From UHGV virus genome UHGV-0075096: a stretch of DNA of 34,787 bases; one strand, given 5' to 3'. Below, in pieces: positions 7,773 to 16,703 of this stretch. The stretch is from a virus. The notes under the pieces are model-generated. The model was given only the letters and a program-made list of their open reading frames with translations. It made no database searches and was not told the origin of the DNA. The position numbers and the translations under genes were made by a program. Numbering within the stretch: the first letter of the stretch is position 1; every line of letters begins with the position of its first letter.

Positions 7773-9790
7773 CGCTGGCAATAAACGAACAATGCTATGC
7801 CGTTGATGCCTGGAGGCGGGAAACTTTCGCACCAGGCACACCGGCAGACGCGACTATCACAGAACGCCGCCTGTGGGCTGTAAACCCGCAGGATTATGAA
7901 TGGCGATCCCGGTACCTGCATGAGATACCCGACTGGTTAGCCGGGTATTTTGGCCGTCGCTATGAAAAGCTTTTTTCTGGCCGTGACGGGCGTCGCCGTG
8001 CCAATACATTCCTGCGCAAAACAATCGGTGAGAATGTATTGCCACGTCTGCGCAAAGTGGCTGCGCGTTACTCGCTGGCCGCTGATGCTGCTGATCTTCC
8101 TTTTGGTAAGTCGCTGGAGCGCTTGCCGTCACTAGACCGTCCTGATCTTAAAAAACTGGCTGGCCAGGTATCTGGCTGGATTTCCCAGTCACTTTATGAC
8201 TTCACCGAACAGTTTGATTCCGGCACTGACGACGCCAGAGAGCTGCATCGCCGCACTCTGGAATCTTACCGCCATCTTTGTGCCTGTTGCCTGATGCTGA
8301 ATAACCAGCCGCCGTACTGGACTGAACATGAGGCCAATGAAGGTCAACTGGAAATGCGTAAGGCGGAATCCGGGATACTGCGCATGATGGCGCCGGAATG
8401 GTGGTACCTGCGTCTTAAACGTGCGCGTGATACGCAGCGCGAGCACATGGCCATTGCGGTGGGACAGGTGCAAAAAGCGGCCAGCGCTTATGTATCCCGC
8501 AAAACACTGGGTGAATGGATAGACCAGAAAAAGCGGAATCTGGAGTTCTTTAAAAAGTTTGATCTGCTGAATGATGAGGGGCTGCGCATTGCACTGGACA
8601 GCATGGTGCACCGCAGCGTTGCAAATCCGGCGATCCGTCGATGTGAACTAATAGTAAGAATGCGAGGGTTTGAAGATATGGCCAATGAAGAAGGGCTGGC
8701 CGGTGAGTTTTACACTATCACCGCGCCATCACGTTTCCATGCGGTTCACAGCAAAGGGGGCTTTGTATCGCAATGGGATGGAAGTACGCCGCAGGATACC
8801 CAGCGCTATTTATGCGGCGTATGGGCAAAAGCGCGTGCAGCGATCTCGCGTGCTGGTATCCATGTATTTGGGTTTCGGGTTGTTGAGCCTCACCATGACG
8901 GGACACCGCACTGGCATATGTTGCTTTTTATGCGTCCGCAGGACGTGGACACGGTACGCGATATTCTTTGTTATCACGCCAGAATTACCGATTCTGAAGA
9001 ACTGCAATCTGAAAAGGCGCTGAAGGCGCGTTTTCATGTTGAAGCTATCGATCCCGCCAAAGGTTCGGCCACGGGCTACATCGCGAAATACATTTCAAAA
9101 AATATTGATGGTTTTGCGCTGGATGGTGAGCAGGACGAAGAAACCGGCGAAAACCTGCGTGATATGGCTAAGTCCGTTTCCGCGTGGGCTTCACGCTGGC
9201 GTATTCGCCAGTTTCAGCAGATTGGTGGTGCGCCGGTAACCGTCTGGCGTGAGCTGCGTCGGTTGCGGGATCAGGTACTGACAGATCGCAGAATGGATGC
9301 GGTTCTGGCCGCTGCTGATGTCGGGGACTGGGCTGCATATACCCAGGCGCAGGGAGGTGCACTGGTTGCCCGCCGTGATCTGGTTGTTCGTCTGGCCTAT
9401 GAAATTACGGAACAGGGCAACGAATACGCGGAGGACGTGCAGCGCGTACAGGGTGTTTATTCTCCTTTGATTCCTGATTCAGAAGTTTGCACCCGTCTGG
9501 TTAAGTGGCAAAAGGTTGCGAAGTTGGCCGAAGCGCCAGCGGAGGCGGGTTTTTCTGGCGGCAACGCCGCCCCTTGGAGTTCTGTCAATAACTGTACGGA
9601 GGGGGGAACCCGCAGACGGTTAAAACTGGAATTACGCAGTCGGGGTTTTGAGGGTTCCGATGAAGAAATAGCCATTCTCCTGCGGGGTAGTGGTTTGATA
9701 TTTGGTCAGGGGGCACTGATTTACCGCAATGGGCGGTTGAAGGAAACACGAAACGAACCATTGCAGGAGCTTTGGCCGGGGTGGTTATAG
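7769..9790 (+). CDS. replication initiation endonuclease (P2 gpA / 186 A family, rolling-circle)
   Basis: 673 aa carrying the paired-tyrosine active-site motif GYIAKYISKN and the HxH-like PHWHMLLF motif; lies last in the early operon as in P2/186. Confidence 0.85.
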   Translation: MTLAINEQCYAVDAWRRETFAPGTPADATITERRLWAVNPQDYEWRSRYLHEIPDWLAGYFGRRYEKLFSGRDGRRRANTFLRKTIGENVLPRLRKVAARYSLAADAADLPFGKSLERLPSLDRPDLKKLAGQVSGWISQSLYDFTEQFDSGTDDARELHRRTLESYRHLCACCLMLNNQPPYWTEHEANEGQLEMRKAESGILRMMAPEWWYLRLKRARDTQREHMAIAVGQVQKAASAYVSRKTLGEWIDQKKRNLEFFKKFDLLNDEGLRIALDSMVHRSVANPAIRRCELIVRMRGFEDMANEEGLAGEFYTITAPSRFHAVHSKGGFVSQWDGSTPQDTQRYLCGVWAKARAAISRAGIHVFGFRVVEPHHDGTPHWHMLLFMRPQDVDTVRDILCYHARITDSEELQSEKALKARFHVEAIDPAKGSATGYIAKYISKNIDGFALDGEQDEETGENLRDMAKSVSAWASRWRIRQFQQIGGAPVTVWRELRRLRDQVLTDRRMDAVLAAADVGDWAAYTQAQGGALVARRDLVVRLAYEITEQGNEYAEDVQRVQGVYSPLIPDSEVCTRLVKWQKVAKLAEAPAEAGFSGGNAAPWSSVNNCTEGGTRRRLKLELRSRGFEGSDEEIAILLRGSGLIFGQGALIYRNGRLKETRNEPLQELWPGWL

Positions 9791-9867
9791 GTGTGCATGT
9801 GTGTGTAACACATTCATTTGTCAGTAGATGGCAGGAAATTAAATTTCACAATTCGTGCTTTAAGGTG

Positions 9868-9887
9868 TACTGTATGTATATCCAGTT
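9868..9887. promoter_or_regulatory. LexA (SOS) box-like operator
   Basis: TACTGTATGTATATCCAGTT matches the E. coli LexA consensus TACTGTATATATATACAGTA at 17 of 20 positions with the CTG-N10-CAG core intact; a TTCACA -35-like hexamer sits at 9845-9850. Confidence 0.55.
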
Positions 9888-9909
9888 ATTTATTGCTTGT
9901 GGGGGCTAA

Positions 9910-10116
9910 ATGGATCTTTTGGAGGCGTCGGCACAGCTGGAACGCATTGAGTTATTGGCCAAAATTGCCCATGTTTACGAAAGTAACCAGAGAGAAAAAA
10001 CAATCGCTTTGGCCTGGATTGGAGAGCTTGCGGGAGAGGTTCGCGAAATGGTTAAAAAGGAAGGGCAACGCCCCCAGAATGGGGGCATTTCAGGCGGCGG
10101 GAGTCGCTTTCAGTAG
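9910..10116 (+). CDS. small SOS-regulated protein, candidate antirepressor (positional analogue of 186 Tum)
   Basis: 68-aa ORF (MDLLEASAQLERIELLAKIAHVYESNQREK...) 23 bp downstream of the LexA-like box and after gene A, where 186 carries LexA-controlled tum. Function inferred from context only. Confidence 0.4.
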   Translation: MDLLEASAQLERIELLAKIAHVYESNQREKTIALAWIGELAGEVREMVKKEGQRPQNGGISGGGSRFQ

Positions 10117-10359
10117 GTCTAATGCCATCTGGCGCTGATCGGGTGAAAGTGCATTCAGTATTTTTTGCACCATCGCATCACCCGTTTTAGCGCTGGGGCT
10201 GAGAGTGTGGGAGAACGTCAGATTCATAACAAACGTGTGGCCACACTCAACATCTGAACAGGCGCAGTAAATATCCGCAATTTGCCGGTGCTTCCTGTTC
10301 GTTTTACGAATAACAGCCTTTGAGCCGCATTCCGGGCATTCGATTTTCAGAACTCGCAT
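10090..10359 (-). CDS. ogr: Ogr/Delta-family zinc-finger late transcription activator
   Basis: From the internal ATG: MRVLKIECPECGSKAVIRKTNRKHRQIADIYCACSDVEC... has the exact C-x2-C-x22-C-x4-C spacing of P2 Ogr / 186 B. Confidence 0.8.
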   Translation of the reverse strand: MRVLKIECPECGSKAVIRKTNRKHRQIADIYCACSDVECGHTFVMNLTFSHTLSPSAKTGDAMVQKILNALSPDQRQMALDLLKATPAA

Positions 10360-10409
10360 ATTCCATGCTCCAGCTGTTAAATGATGCCTGGATTTTAGCC
10401 TGTTTCGCC

Positions 10410-11471
10410 TCATGCCGCACCCTTATCCGTTGATTCTGTGTAACTTAAATCAAAGTTAAGGTGTAGCCTTTCCGGTATTTCGGGATCATTGTTAACGGCC
10501 AGCATAAAACGGCGCTGGATGGGGGCAATTTCGCTTTTCTTGTAAATGCGTTCAGCCTTTTCAACATCCCCCAGTCCGGCAGTGTTCTGCGGGACAATAC
10601 CGGCGAGGCCAGCAGGGAAACGGTGAGCGTTCAGAATGTCCTGGGCGCTGATGTTCTTGATGTTGGCAAATTCATCCTTTGCGGAAATATCCCCCATTTC
10701 AATGAATTTGATGGCGTCGCCGTCTCCACCGGGAATGTTTACAAGGATGGTGGAGAAGTTACCGATCCCTTTGCTGTCACGCAGCTGCTGTTCAATTTCT
10801 TCCTCCATTTCGTCCGTCATGCTGGGATCGCGGGTATAAAGAATACCGCCTGTGTGCGCACCATTGTGGTAATAGCGGCGTCGGAAAATGACCGCTTCAC
10901 TGTTAAGTAACGCGGAATGCACACCGCCTATGTAGTCCGGCAGCCCGTAGATATGCTGTTGCGGGTCATACATTTTGATGAAGATAATATCTTCTTCTGG
11001 CCATACCTGCGGTTCCCCTTCCTGTAACACCACGTAGTCACCAGGCTTATCCAGGGCGTTATCTCTGACTTTGCGGCGGCGAATATACAGACCGGGCAAG
11101 GGTTCAAGTGCGATCACGTCACCCCAGCCGTTACGAATTTTGGCAATCGCAATATCCCCAAAGGTTATATAGTCAAACGCTGCCGCTTCCAGCTGGTCGT
11201 GAATAAGCCCGCCCCCCTGGTAGTCTGAAACAATCATGTTTTTACGGGCGTGAATGATGCCGCCGTGCTGACCGTTAAGATTAATCAGTTGCGCGAGTGC
11301 CAGCCGGTCAATCGGCTGGGTGAAGTGATCGGCGGCATTGTCGTACCAGATATCACGGTAATCTGTGCCGGTAGTCAGAACTGGTTCAGGTTTGCCGAAT
11401 GTGATAATGCTCATCTTTTTTGATTTGTCGCCGCGCTGGTCGCGCTTAACAAAGCGTTTCTTTTTACTCAT
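10410..11471 (-). CDS. portal protein (P2 gpQ homologue)
   Basis: 353 aa, P2 Q-like size and sequence character; start overlaps the end of the terminase gene (11468-11471). Confidence 0.88.
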   Translation of the reverse strand: MSKKKRFVKRDQRGDKSKKMSIITFGKPEPVLTTGTDYRDIWYDNAADHFTQPIDRLALAQLINLNGQHGGIIHARKNMIVSDYQGGGLIHDQLEAAAFDYITFGDIAIAKIRNGWGDVIALEPLPGLYIRRRKVRDNALDKPGDYVVLQEGEPQVWPEEDIIFIKMYDPQQHIYGLPDYIGGVHSALLNSEAVIFRRRYYHNGAHTGGILYTRDPSMTDEMEEEIEQQLRDSKGIGNFSTILVNIPGGDGDAIKFIEMGDISAKDEFANIKNISAQDILNAHRFPAGLAGIVPQNTAGLGDVEKAERIYKKSEIAPIQRRFMLAVNNDPEIPERLHLNFDLSYTESTDKGAA

Positions 11472-13243
11472 GCTGCCTCTTTCCTTACACCCCAGCGGGA
11501 TTTAGGTTTGTTTTCATAATTAAGGGGTTCGTTATGCAGACCGTGGGTAATCGCCCAGAACGCCTCCGCGTGGCCGGTATCCTGGCTGCGGTCAGCGACA
11601 AACGTCATGGCGTTGCCGCTTTGTGTGGTGGTTCGGCGCACAGACATAAAGCTGGCGGCGATCTCTTTCAGGTTTTTATCCCACTCAATACGCTGGCTTT
11701 CCACCACGTCCACCGCTTTCAGTACCAGCTTATTTTTGGTGTTCAGGTCGTAACGAATAGGGACGGCCACGCGCATGGCAAAATGCTGAATGTTGTCAAA
11801 AACACCCTGGCCAATGCCGGTAACGTCCACCCCCAGATATGTGAAGTTGTATTTTTTGAACAACTGCTCGATCTGTTTTGCCTGGTACCGGAAGTTCATG
11901 CCTTTCCAGTAAATCACCTTCAGAACGCGGAACTTCTCCACGGCGAGCATCGGTGGGGCGATGATGACAAAACAGGACAAATCCCCGCTGCGAGCCGGGT
12001 CAAAGCCGCCCCACACTGGCCTGTCACCGAATGGCCGCGCTGCATCTGGGTTGTGATCCTGCCAGGTGTCGATTTCAACGCCGCAGGCTTCCAGGTCGGA
12101 AAAGCTGAAAACGGAATCTTTGCTGTCAACGAACACGCACATATAGAGCATGTTAAAAGTGGCGTCGTTGTAGCGGTTGCGAAGTTTCTCGATGTTCGCC
12201 AGGTTGAAACCGCCCGCAATGGCATCTTCCATCGTAATGACGTAGCGCCATTGCCCATCCGGGCAGAGTCGCCCGCCGTCACGCATTTCGTTAAAGGAAG
12301 GAAACTTAATGGCCGCACGTTTTTTACTGCCCTGTTTCCACTCATCGCCCGTCCAGAACGGGTACGCCTGGTGCGTTTTTGCCGATGGCGTTGAAAAATA
12401 GGTGGTACGCCACTTGTCATGCGTGGCCATTGCGCTGGCCACTTCGTTAAGTTTTGCAAAGTTTGGTACCCAGAAATATTCGTCACAGTACAGGTGGCCA
12501 CTGTAGGACTGGGCGGTGTTTTTGTTGGTGGAGAGAAAACGCAGTTCTGCGCCGTTGCTTAAGCGGATCGGGTTACCGGTCAGCGTAATACCGAAATACT
12601 GCTCTGCAATATTCACGATGTAAGACCGGAACACTTCAGCCTGAGCCTTTGACGCTGACAGAAAGATTTGCGGATCGCCGGTCATCACCGCGTTTTCAAA
12701 CGCTTCAAACGCAAAATACCAGGTCGCACCGATCTGGCGGCTTTTCAGGATATTCCTGACAAGCTGGCCAATGTTATTGCGCAGGTGTTTCTGATATTCA
12801 AAAAGATGTTCCTCAGCCCATGCGTCAAAGTCCTCCTGCGTCAGCGAGGTAATATCGTTTTTCTTGTACTTCCGTTTGCTGCGCGGTTCGTCGTCATTGT
12901 TGTCCCGCGCAGCTGCTTGCCCGGAACTCTGACCGCTGGCCATTTTCTCTTTGTGTTTATTACTCTGCGCACGCAGTTTCGTGGCATGAGCAATGAGCAT
13001 GTCCATTTCTTTCAGGTCGAGATCGGTTTTGTTATCGCGGCTGGCCAGCAGTTGGTAACGGCGTTCAATCGCTTCCTCTGTGCTTTCAAAACTGAGCAAA
13101 TCCGCCCAGCTGTATTTCTCCGCCCAGTAGTAAACGATCCGCGCATTCGGCAGATTTAATTCAGATGCGATTTCCTTTGGCGTATAGCGGCGCAGATAAA
13201 GTGCGCGAACAACGCCTTTTAATTCTTCAGAGTATTTAGCCAT
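11468..13243 (-). CDS. terminase large (ATPase) subunit (P2 gpP homologue)
   Basis: 591 aa (P2 P is 590 aa); divergent from the O-N-M-L operon as in P2. Confidence 0.9.
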   Translation of the reverse strand: MAKYSEELKGVVRALYLRRYTPKEIASELNLPNARIVYYWAEKYSWADLLSFESTEEAIERRYQLLASRDNKTDLDLKEMDMLIAHATKLRAQSNKHKEKMASGQSSGQAAARDNNDDEPRSKRKYKKNDITSLTQEDFDAWAEEHLFEYQKHLRNNIGQLVRNILKSRQIGATWYFAFEAFENAVMTGDPQIFLSASKAQAEVFRSYIVNIAEQYFGITLTGNPIRLSNGAELRFLSTNKNTAQSYSGHLYCDEYFWVPNFAKLNEVASAMATHDKWRTTYFSTPSAKTHQAYPFWTGDEWKQGSKKRAAIKFPSFNEMRDGGRLCPDGQWRYVITMEDAIAGGFNLANIEKLRNRYNDATFNMLYMCVFVDSKDSVFSFSDLEACGVEIDTWQDHNPDAARPFGDRPVWGGFDPARSGDLSCFVIIAPPMLAVEKFRVLKVIYWKGMNFRYQAKQIEQLFKKYNFTYLGVDVTGIGQGVFDNIQHFAMRVAVPIRYDLNTKNKLVLKAVDVVESQRIEWDKNLKEIAASFMSVRRTTTQSGNAMTFVADRSQDTGHAEAFWAITHGLHNEPLNYENKPKSRWGVRKEAA

Positions 13244-13297
13244 GCGGATAATTATGCCGTGGCTGTGATGAAAAAACGGTGGTGTTAATTCGTGTCT

Positions 13298-13322
13298 GTT
13301 CGGTAAAGCGTTATAACCGAAC
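13298..13322. promoter_or_regulatory. dyad-symmetry element in the divergent late-promoter region (candidate Ogr-dependent late promoter of the O operon)
   Basis: 7-bp inverted repeat GTTCGGT-N11-ACCGAAC centred about 95 bp upstream of the O start codon; P2-family late promoters carry an upstream dyad recognised by Ogr/B. Confidence 0.35.
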
Positions 13323-13404
13323 TGTTCAGAATAAAGCGTAATGCGGTGGCGGTTTTATTTGGCAATAATTGATTTGCAGCGTCAGGGAGTGGAACAGGGG
13401 GGAT

Positions 13405-14208
13405 ATGTCACATTTAAAAACTGACTGGCTGTGTGTTGCTACTGAAGGGGATACCGTTGACGGCAGGGTAATTAAACGGCAGTGGATCATTGATATGGGG
13501 GAAACCTATGACTATAGCCACTATGTCGCTTTAATCTGGCCAGAACATGAGGATGATTGCGGGAATTTTGGTGAAGTGCTGGAAGCCACCTGGAATGATG
13601 GTGAAGATGGACTGGCACGGTTATATGTCAGCCTTTGCCCGAATATGCGTCTGATTTTCGCAAATCATGAAGATCAGCTTTTGTTCTTCTCCATTGAGCC
13701 GGAAGAAAACTGGCGCGGTAGCGGGCGTACTTACCTGAAAGGGCTGGCGGTAACAGATACACCTGCCAGCGTTGGCACCACACGGCTGCGCTTTAGTAGT
13801 CGGCGCAATAAATTAACAAAGCAGGGATATTACAGTTGTGTAATTTCCCGTGACGGAAAAATTAAACAGGAAGCAAGAATGAAGAACTGGCAGAAACGGT
13901 TTGGTATTAAGCCAAAGTTTGAAGATGAAACGCCACAGGATAATCCTGCCCCGGATGAAGATAAATTACAGGCGCTTGCCAATGTAGTGAACGATCTGGA
14001 AGCGCGAGTGGCGAAAATTGAAAATCAACTGAATGACGTTCAGGGTGATGTTGACACAATCGCTGAAGTGGTGGATACGCAGGAATTTGCGGCAATCCGC
14101 GATAATGCAAAAGAAATCGTAACCCGCTTTAACGATCTGGGTAATAAAAACACCCGTACACCGGGGCGTACTATTAAAGATAAAGCCGGGAAATTTAATT
14201 TCCTGTAA
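13405..14208 (+). CDS. capsid scaffolding protein (P2 gpO homologue)
   Basis: About 267 aa from the internal ATG (MSHLKTDWLCVATEGDTVDGRVI...); contains the LKGLAVTDTPAS motif also present in P2 O; G-rich RBS. Confidence 0.82.
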   Translation: MSHLKTDWLCVATEGDTVDGRVIKRQWIIDMGETYDYSHYVALIWPEHEDDCGNFGEVLEATWNDGEDGLARLYVSLCPNMRLIFANHEDQLLFFSIEPEENWRGSGRTYLKGLAVTDTPASVGTTRLRFSSRRNKLTKQGYYSCVISRDGKIKQEARMKNWQKRFGIKPKFEDETPQDNPAPDEDKLQALANVVNDLEARVAKIENQLNDVQGDVDTIAEVVDTQEFAAIRDNAKEIVTRFNDLGNKNTRTPGRTIKDKAGKFNFL

Positions 14209-14270
14209 TTCGCTTTATTGCTGATTAGTCCAGAACATATTTTTAAATCGCTTAATTGCGAGGGAGTTTT

Positions 14271-15293
14271 ATGCACCTTAATAATCGTGCGCGGGATTTA
14301 CTGGATAAATACTCGGCGGGGATGGCGCAGCAGTTTGGTGCGCGTGATACCAGTCGATATTTTTCCCTGAATGACCCGCAGGAAAATGCGCTGCGTCTTG
14401 CGCTGCTGGAGTCCGTCGAGTTCCTGAACATGATCACCTGTCTGGATGTTGACCAGCTGAGTGGCCAGGTGATCTCTGTCGGTTCCTCTGTGCTGCATAC
14501 CGGCCGCAGCGAAAATGGCCGTTTCATTCGTCAGGTAGGCGTTGACGGTAATGACTATTCCCTGGTTGAAACAGACAGCTGCGCCGCACTGCGCTGGGAT
14601 CTGCTTTCTGTCTGGGCAAACGCCGGTAAGGACGAAAACGAGTTTTACAACCTGGTACAGGCATTCACCACGCAGGCTTTTGCGCTGGACATGTTGCGCA
14701 TTGGTTTTAATGGTAAGAGCCGGGCGAAAACCACTGATCCGGTAGCAAACCCGAACGGTGAAGATGTGAACATCGGCTGGCATGAGCGTATGAAAACGCT
14801 GCTGGGTGGCAATCAGATTATGACCGATCCCGTGGTGCTCGATGAGGCAGGGGATTACAAGTCACTGGATGCAATGGCGTCTGATCTGATTAACGCCAAA
14901 ATCCCGGCACAGTTCCGCAATGACCCGCGTCTGGTTGTCCTGGTCGGTGCCGATCTGGTCGCTGCTGAACAGTACCGACTGTATCAGGCAGCAGACCGTC
15001 CGACTGAAAAAATTGCTGCGCAGATGCTGGGAAGCACCATTGCTGGCCGTCAGGCCATTATTCCGCCGTTTATGCCGGGTAAACGCATGGTGGTTACGCC
15101 GCTGTCTAACCTGCACATCTACACCCAGCGCAATACCCGTATGCGTAAGGCGGAGTTTGTTGAAGATCGTAAGCAGTTCGAAAACAAATACCTGCGCAAT
15201 GAAGGTTACGCGGTGGAAGTGCCGGAGCTGTATGCGGCCATTGATGAATCCGCTGTGACAATCGGCAAAGTCTCCGAACCGGTGGAGGGCTGA
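14271..15293 (+). CDS. major capsid protein (P2 gpN homologue)
   Basis: About 340 aa from the internal ATG with a GAGGGA RBS; follows the scaffold gene as in P2. Confidence 0.88.
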   Translation: MHLNNRARDLLDKYSAGMAQQFGARDTSRYFSLNDPQENALRLALLESVEFLNMITCLDVDQLSGQVISVGSSVLHTGRSENGRFIRQVGVDGNDYSLVETDSCAALRWDLLSVWANAGKDENEFYNLVQAFTTQAFALDMLRIGFNGKSRAKTTDPVANPNGEDVNIGWHERMKTLLGGNQIMTDPVVLDEAGDYKSLDAMASDLINAKIPAQFRNDPRLVVLVGADLVAAEQYRLYQAADRPTEKIAAQMLGSTIAGRQAIIPPFMPGKRMVVTPLSNLHIYTQRNTRMRKAEFVEDRKQFENKYLRNEGYAVEVPELYAAIDESAVTIGKVSEPVEG

Positions 15294-15296
15294 TAA

Positions 15297-16001
15297 ATGG
15301 CACTTTCCCCCGCGCAGCGTCACAGCCAGCGTATTGCAATGGAACAAAAGCTGAAGCGCAGCCAGGCACTGGAAACCGCGGAAAGTATGCACCTGCTGAT
15401 CAGGGCGCTGGAAACGGATGTGGAACACGTTCGAAGTCTGCCTACCATCGCCGATCGCGTCGAGTATAAACGCGATGTGCTGTTGCCGCGCTGGGTTCCC
15501 ACTGTGGAAGCCTATCTGGAGAGTGGCCAGGTGTATGCAAATCCGGTTTTCGCCTGGTGTGTTATCTGGCTGTTTGACGTGGGCGATCTGGATAAGGCGC
15601 TGGACTGGGCTGACATTGCTATCAGCCAGCAGCAGGCAACCCCGGATCGGTTACGCAGCAATTTTCCCACTTTCGTGGCGGATACGATGCTGGCATGGGC
15701 GCAGGAAACCGCAGGGCGTGGGGAAAGTGTGGAGCCTTATTTCACCCGCACGTTTGAGCGGGTGGCAAACACCTGGCGACTGCATGAGCAAGTGACGGCC
15801 AAATGGTTCAAGTTTGCTGGTCAGGAGTTGCTACGCAATGACGATGGCCAGAAAACGGCGGCGGGCGTGGATGATATTGAAACGCTGGAAAAGGCCGATC
15901 AGCTGCTGGCTATTGCAGAAAAACACTACTCAAAAATTGGCGTCAGAACGGCACGGCAGACGATTGCCGCTCGCATCCGAAAATTGACAACACAAGGATA
16001 A
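15297..16001 (+). CDS. terminase small (endonuclease) subunit (P2 gpM homologue)
   Basis: 234 aa, third gene of the O-N-M-L head operon. Confidence 0.82.
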   Translation: MALSPAQRHSQRIAMEQKLKRSQALETAESMHLLIRALETDVEHVRSLPTIADRVEYKRDVLLPRWVPTVEAYLESGQVYANPVFAWCVIWLFDVGDLDKALDWADIAISQQQATPDRLRSNFPTFVADTMLAWAQETAGRGESVEPYFTRTFERVANTWRLHEQVTAKWFKFAGQELLRNDDGQKTAAGVDDIETLEKADQLLAIAEKHYSKIGVRTARQTIAARIRKLTTQG

Positions 16002-16007
16002 CAACAA

Positions 16008-16154
16008 ATGAAAGAAAGCCATTTACAAGGTGCACATACCCATACCGTGGGGGCACATAGCCATTCTCTGGGTGGTGCACATACCCATACCGTGGGTGCA
16101 CATAGCCATTCTCTGAGTGGTGCACATACGCACACTTTTAATACTGAGCAGTAA
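16008..16154 (+). CDS. His-rich repeat micro-protein (48 aa, 12 His)
   Basis: Hand translation: MKESHLQGAHTHTVGAHSHSLGGAHTHTVGAHSHSLSGAHTHTFNTEQ; AAGGA RBS 8 nt upstream of the ATG; built on a 45-bp tandem repeat; below the track cutoff. Confidence 0.4.
   Translation: MKESHLQGAHTHTVGAHSHSLGGAHTHTVGAHSHSLSGAHTHTFNTEQ
16029..16136 (+). repeat. 45-bp tandem direct repeat, about 2.4 copies
   Basis: Unit GGTGCACATACCCATACCGTGGG(G/T)GCACATAGCCATTCTCTG(G/A)GT; copies differ at 2 positions; in frame with the micro-ORF. Confidence 0.85.
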
Positions 16155-16250
16155 ACGACTACCGCAAGCCAGGCGGACGCGGTGGAGGGCAGAACACCTT
16201 GTGTGTAACTGCGCCGTGGAAACCGGCCAGTCCGCCTTTTCGGGGGATTT

Positions 16251-16703
16251 ATGTTTAGCGGAAAGCCGCTGGATTATCAGGATGAACCGCTGACCAATAA
16301 CGGATTCTGGCCAGACCTGAATCTGAAGGATTTTCAGGCGCAGCGGTCACTACCGCCAGATATTGACGCTGACACCATCAGCCAGGCGCTACTTGCGGCG
16401 GTGGCGGAGGTGAATGCGGAGCTGGAAAACGTGGAAGCCAGCTGGAAAGCGAAAGGCAACACGCTGGCGGCAGAGGTACCAGGCGTAAAAATGGGCGGAC
16501 TGAACAGCCTGTGCGCCCAGTATATGAAGGCCGTTTTTGCCAGGGCAAAAGCGGATCTGCTGGGGGAGTTTGCCACCATCGGGCGGCGTGATACCCATCC
16601 GGGACAGGAAAGCATGGAAACCCGTGCGGGGTTACTGGCTGAAGCATCGGTGGTGATCCGCCGTATGAAAGGGCTGAAACGGGCAACGGTGAAAAAAGTA
16701 TGA
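16251..16703 (+). CDS. head completion/stabilisation protein (P2 gpL homologue)
   Basis: 150 aa, last gene of the head operon. Confidence 0.75.
   Translation: MFSGKPLDYQDEPLTNNGFWPDLNLKDFQAQRSLPPDIDADTISQALLAAVAEVNAELENVEASWKAKGNTLAAEVPGVKMGGLNSLCAQYMKAVFARAKADLLGEFATIGRRDTHPGQESMETRAGLLAEASVVIRRMKGLKRATVKKV

Noticed and set aside
9818-10138. 106-aa plus-strand ORF after gene A
   Set aside because: It overlaps the better-supported 68-aa ORF in another frame, begins inside the LexA-box and promoter region without an RBS, and has a low-complexity, Arg/Trp-rich composition typical of an out-of-frame read.
9790-10410. P2-type cos site, expected between gene A and the portal gene
   Set aside because: Only weak partial resemblance to the P2/186 cohesive-end sequence was found by eye (for example around 10075-10095 and 10395-10420); not reportable without alignment to known cos sequences.
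16029-16136. Tandem repeat considered as a CRISPR array or diversity-generating retroelement repeat
   Set aside because: Only 2.4 contiguous copies with no spacers, no cas genes and no reverse transcriptase anywhere in the window; the repeat is in frame within a small ORF.
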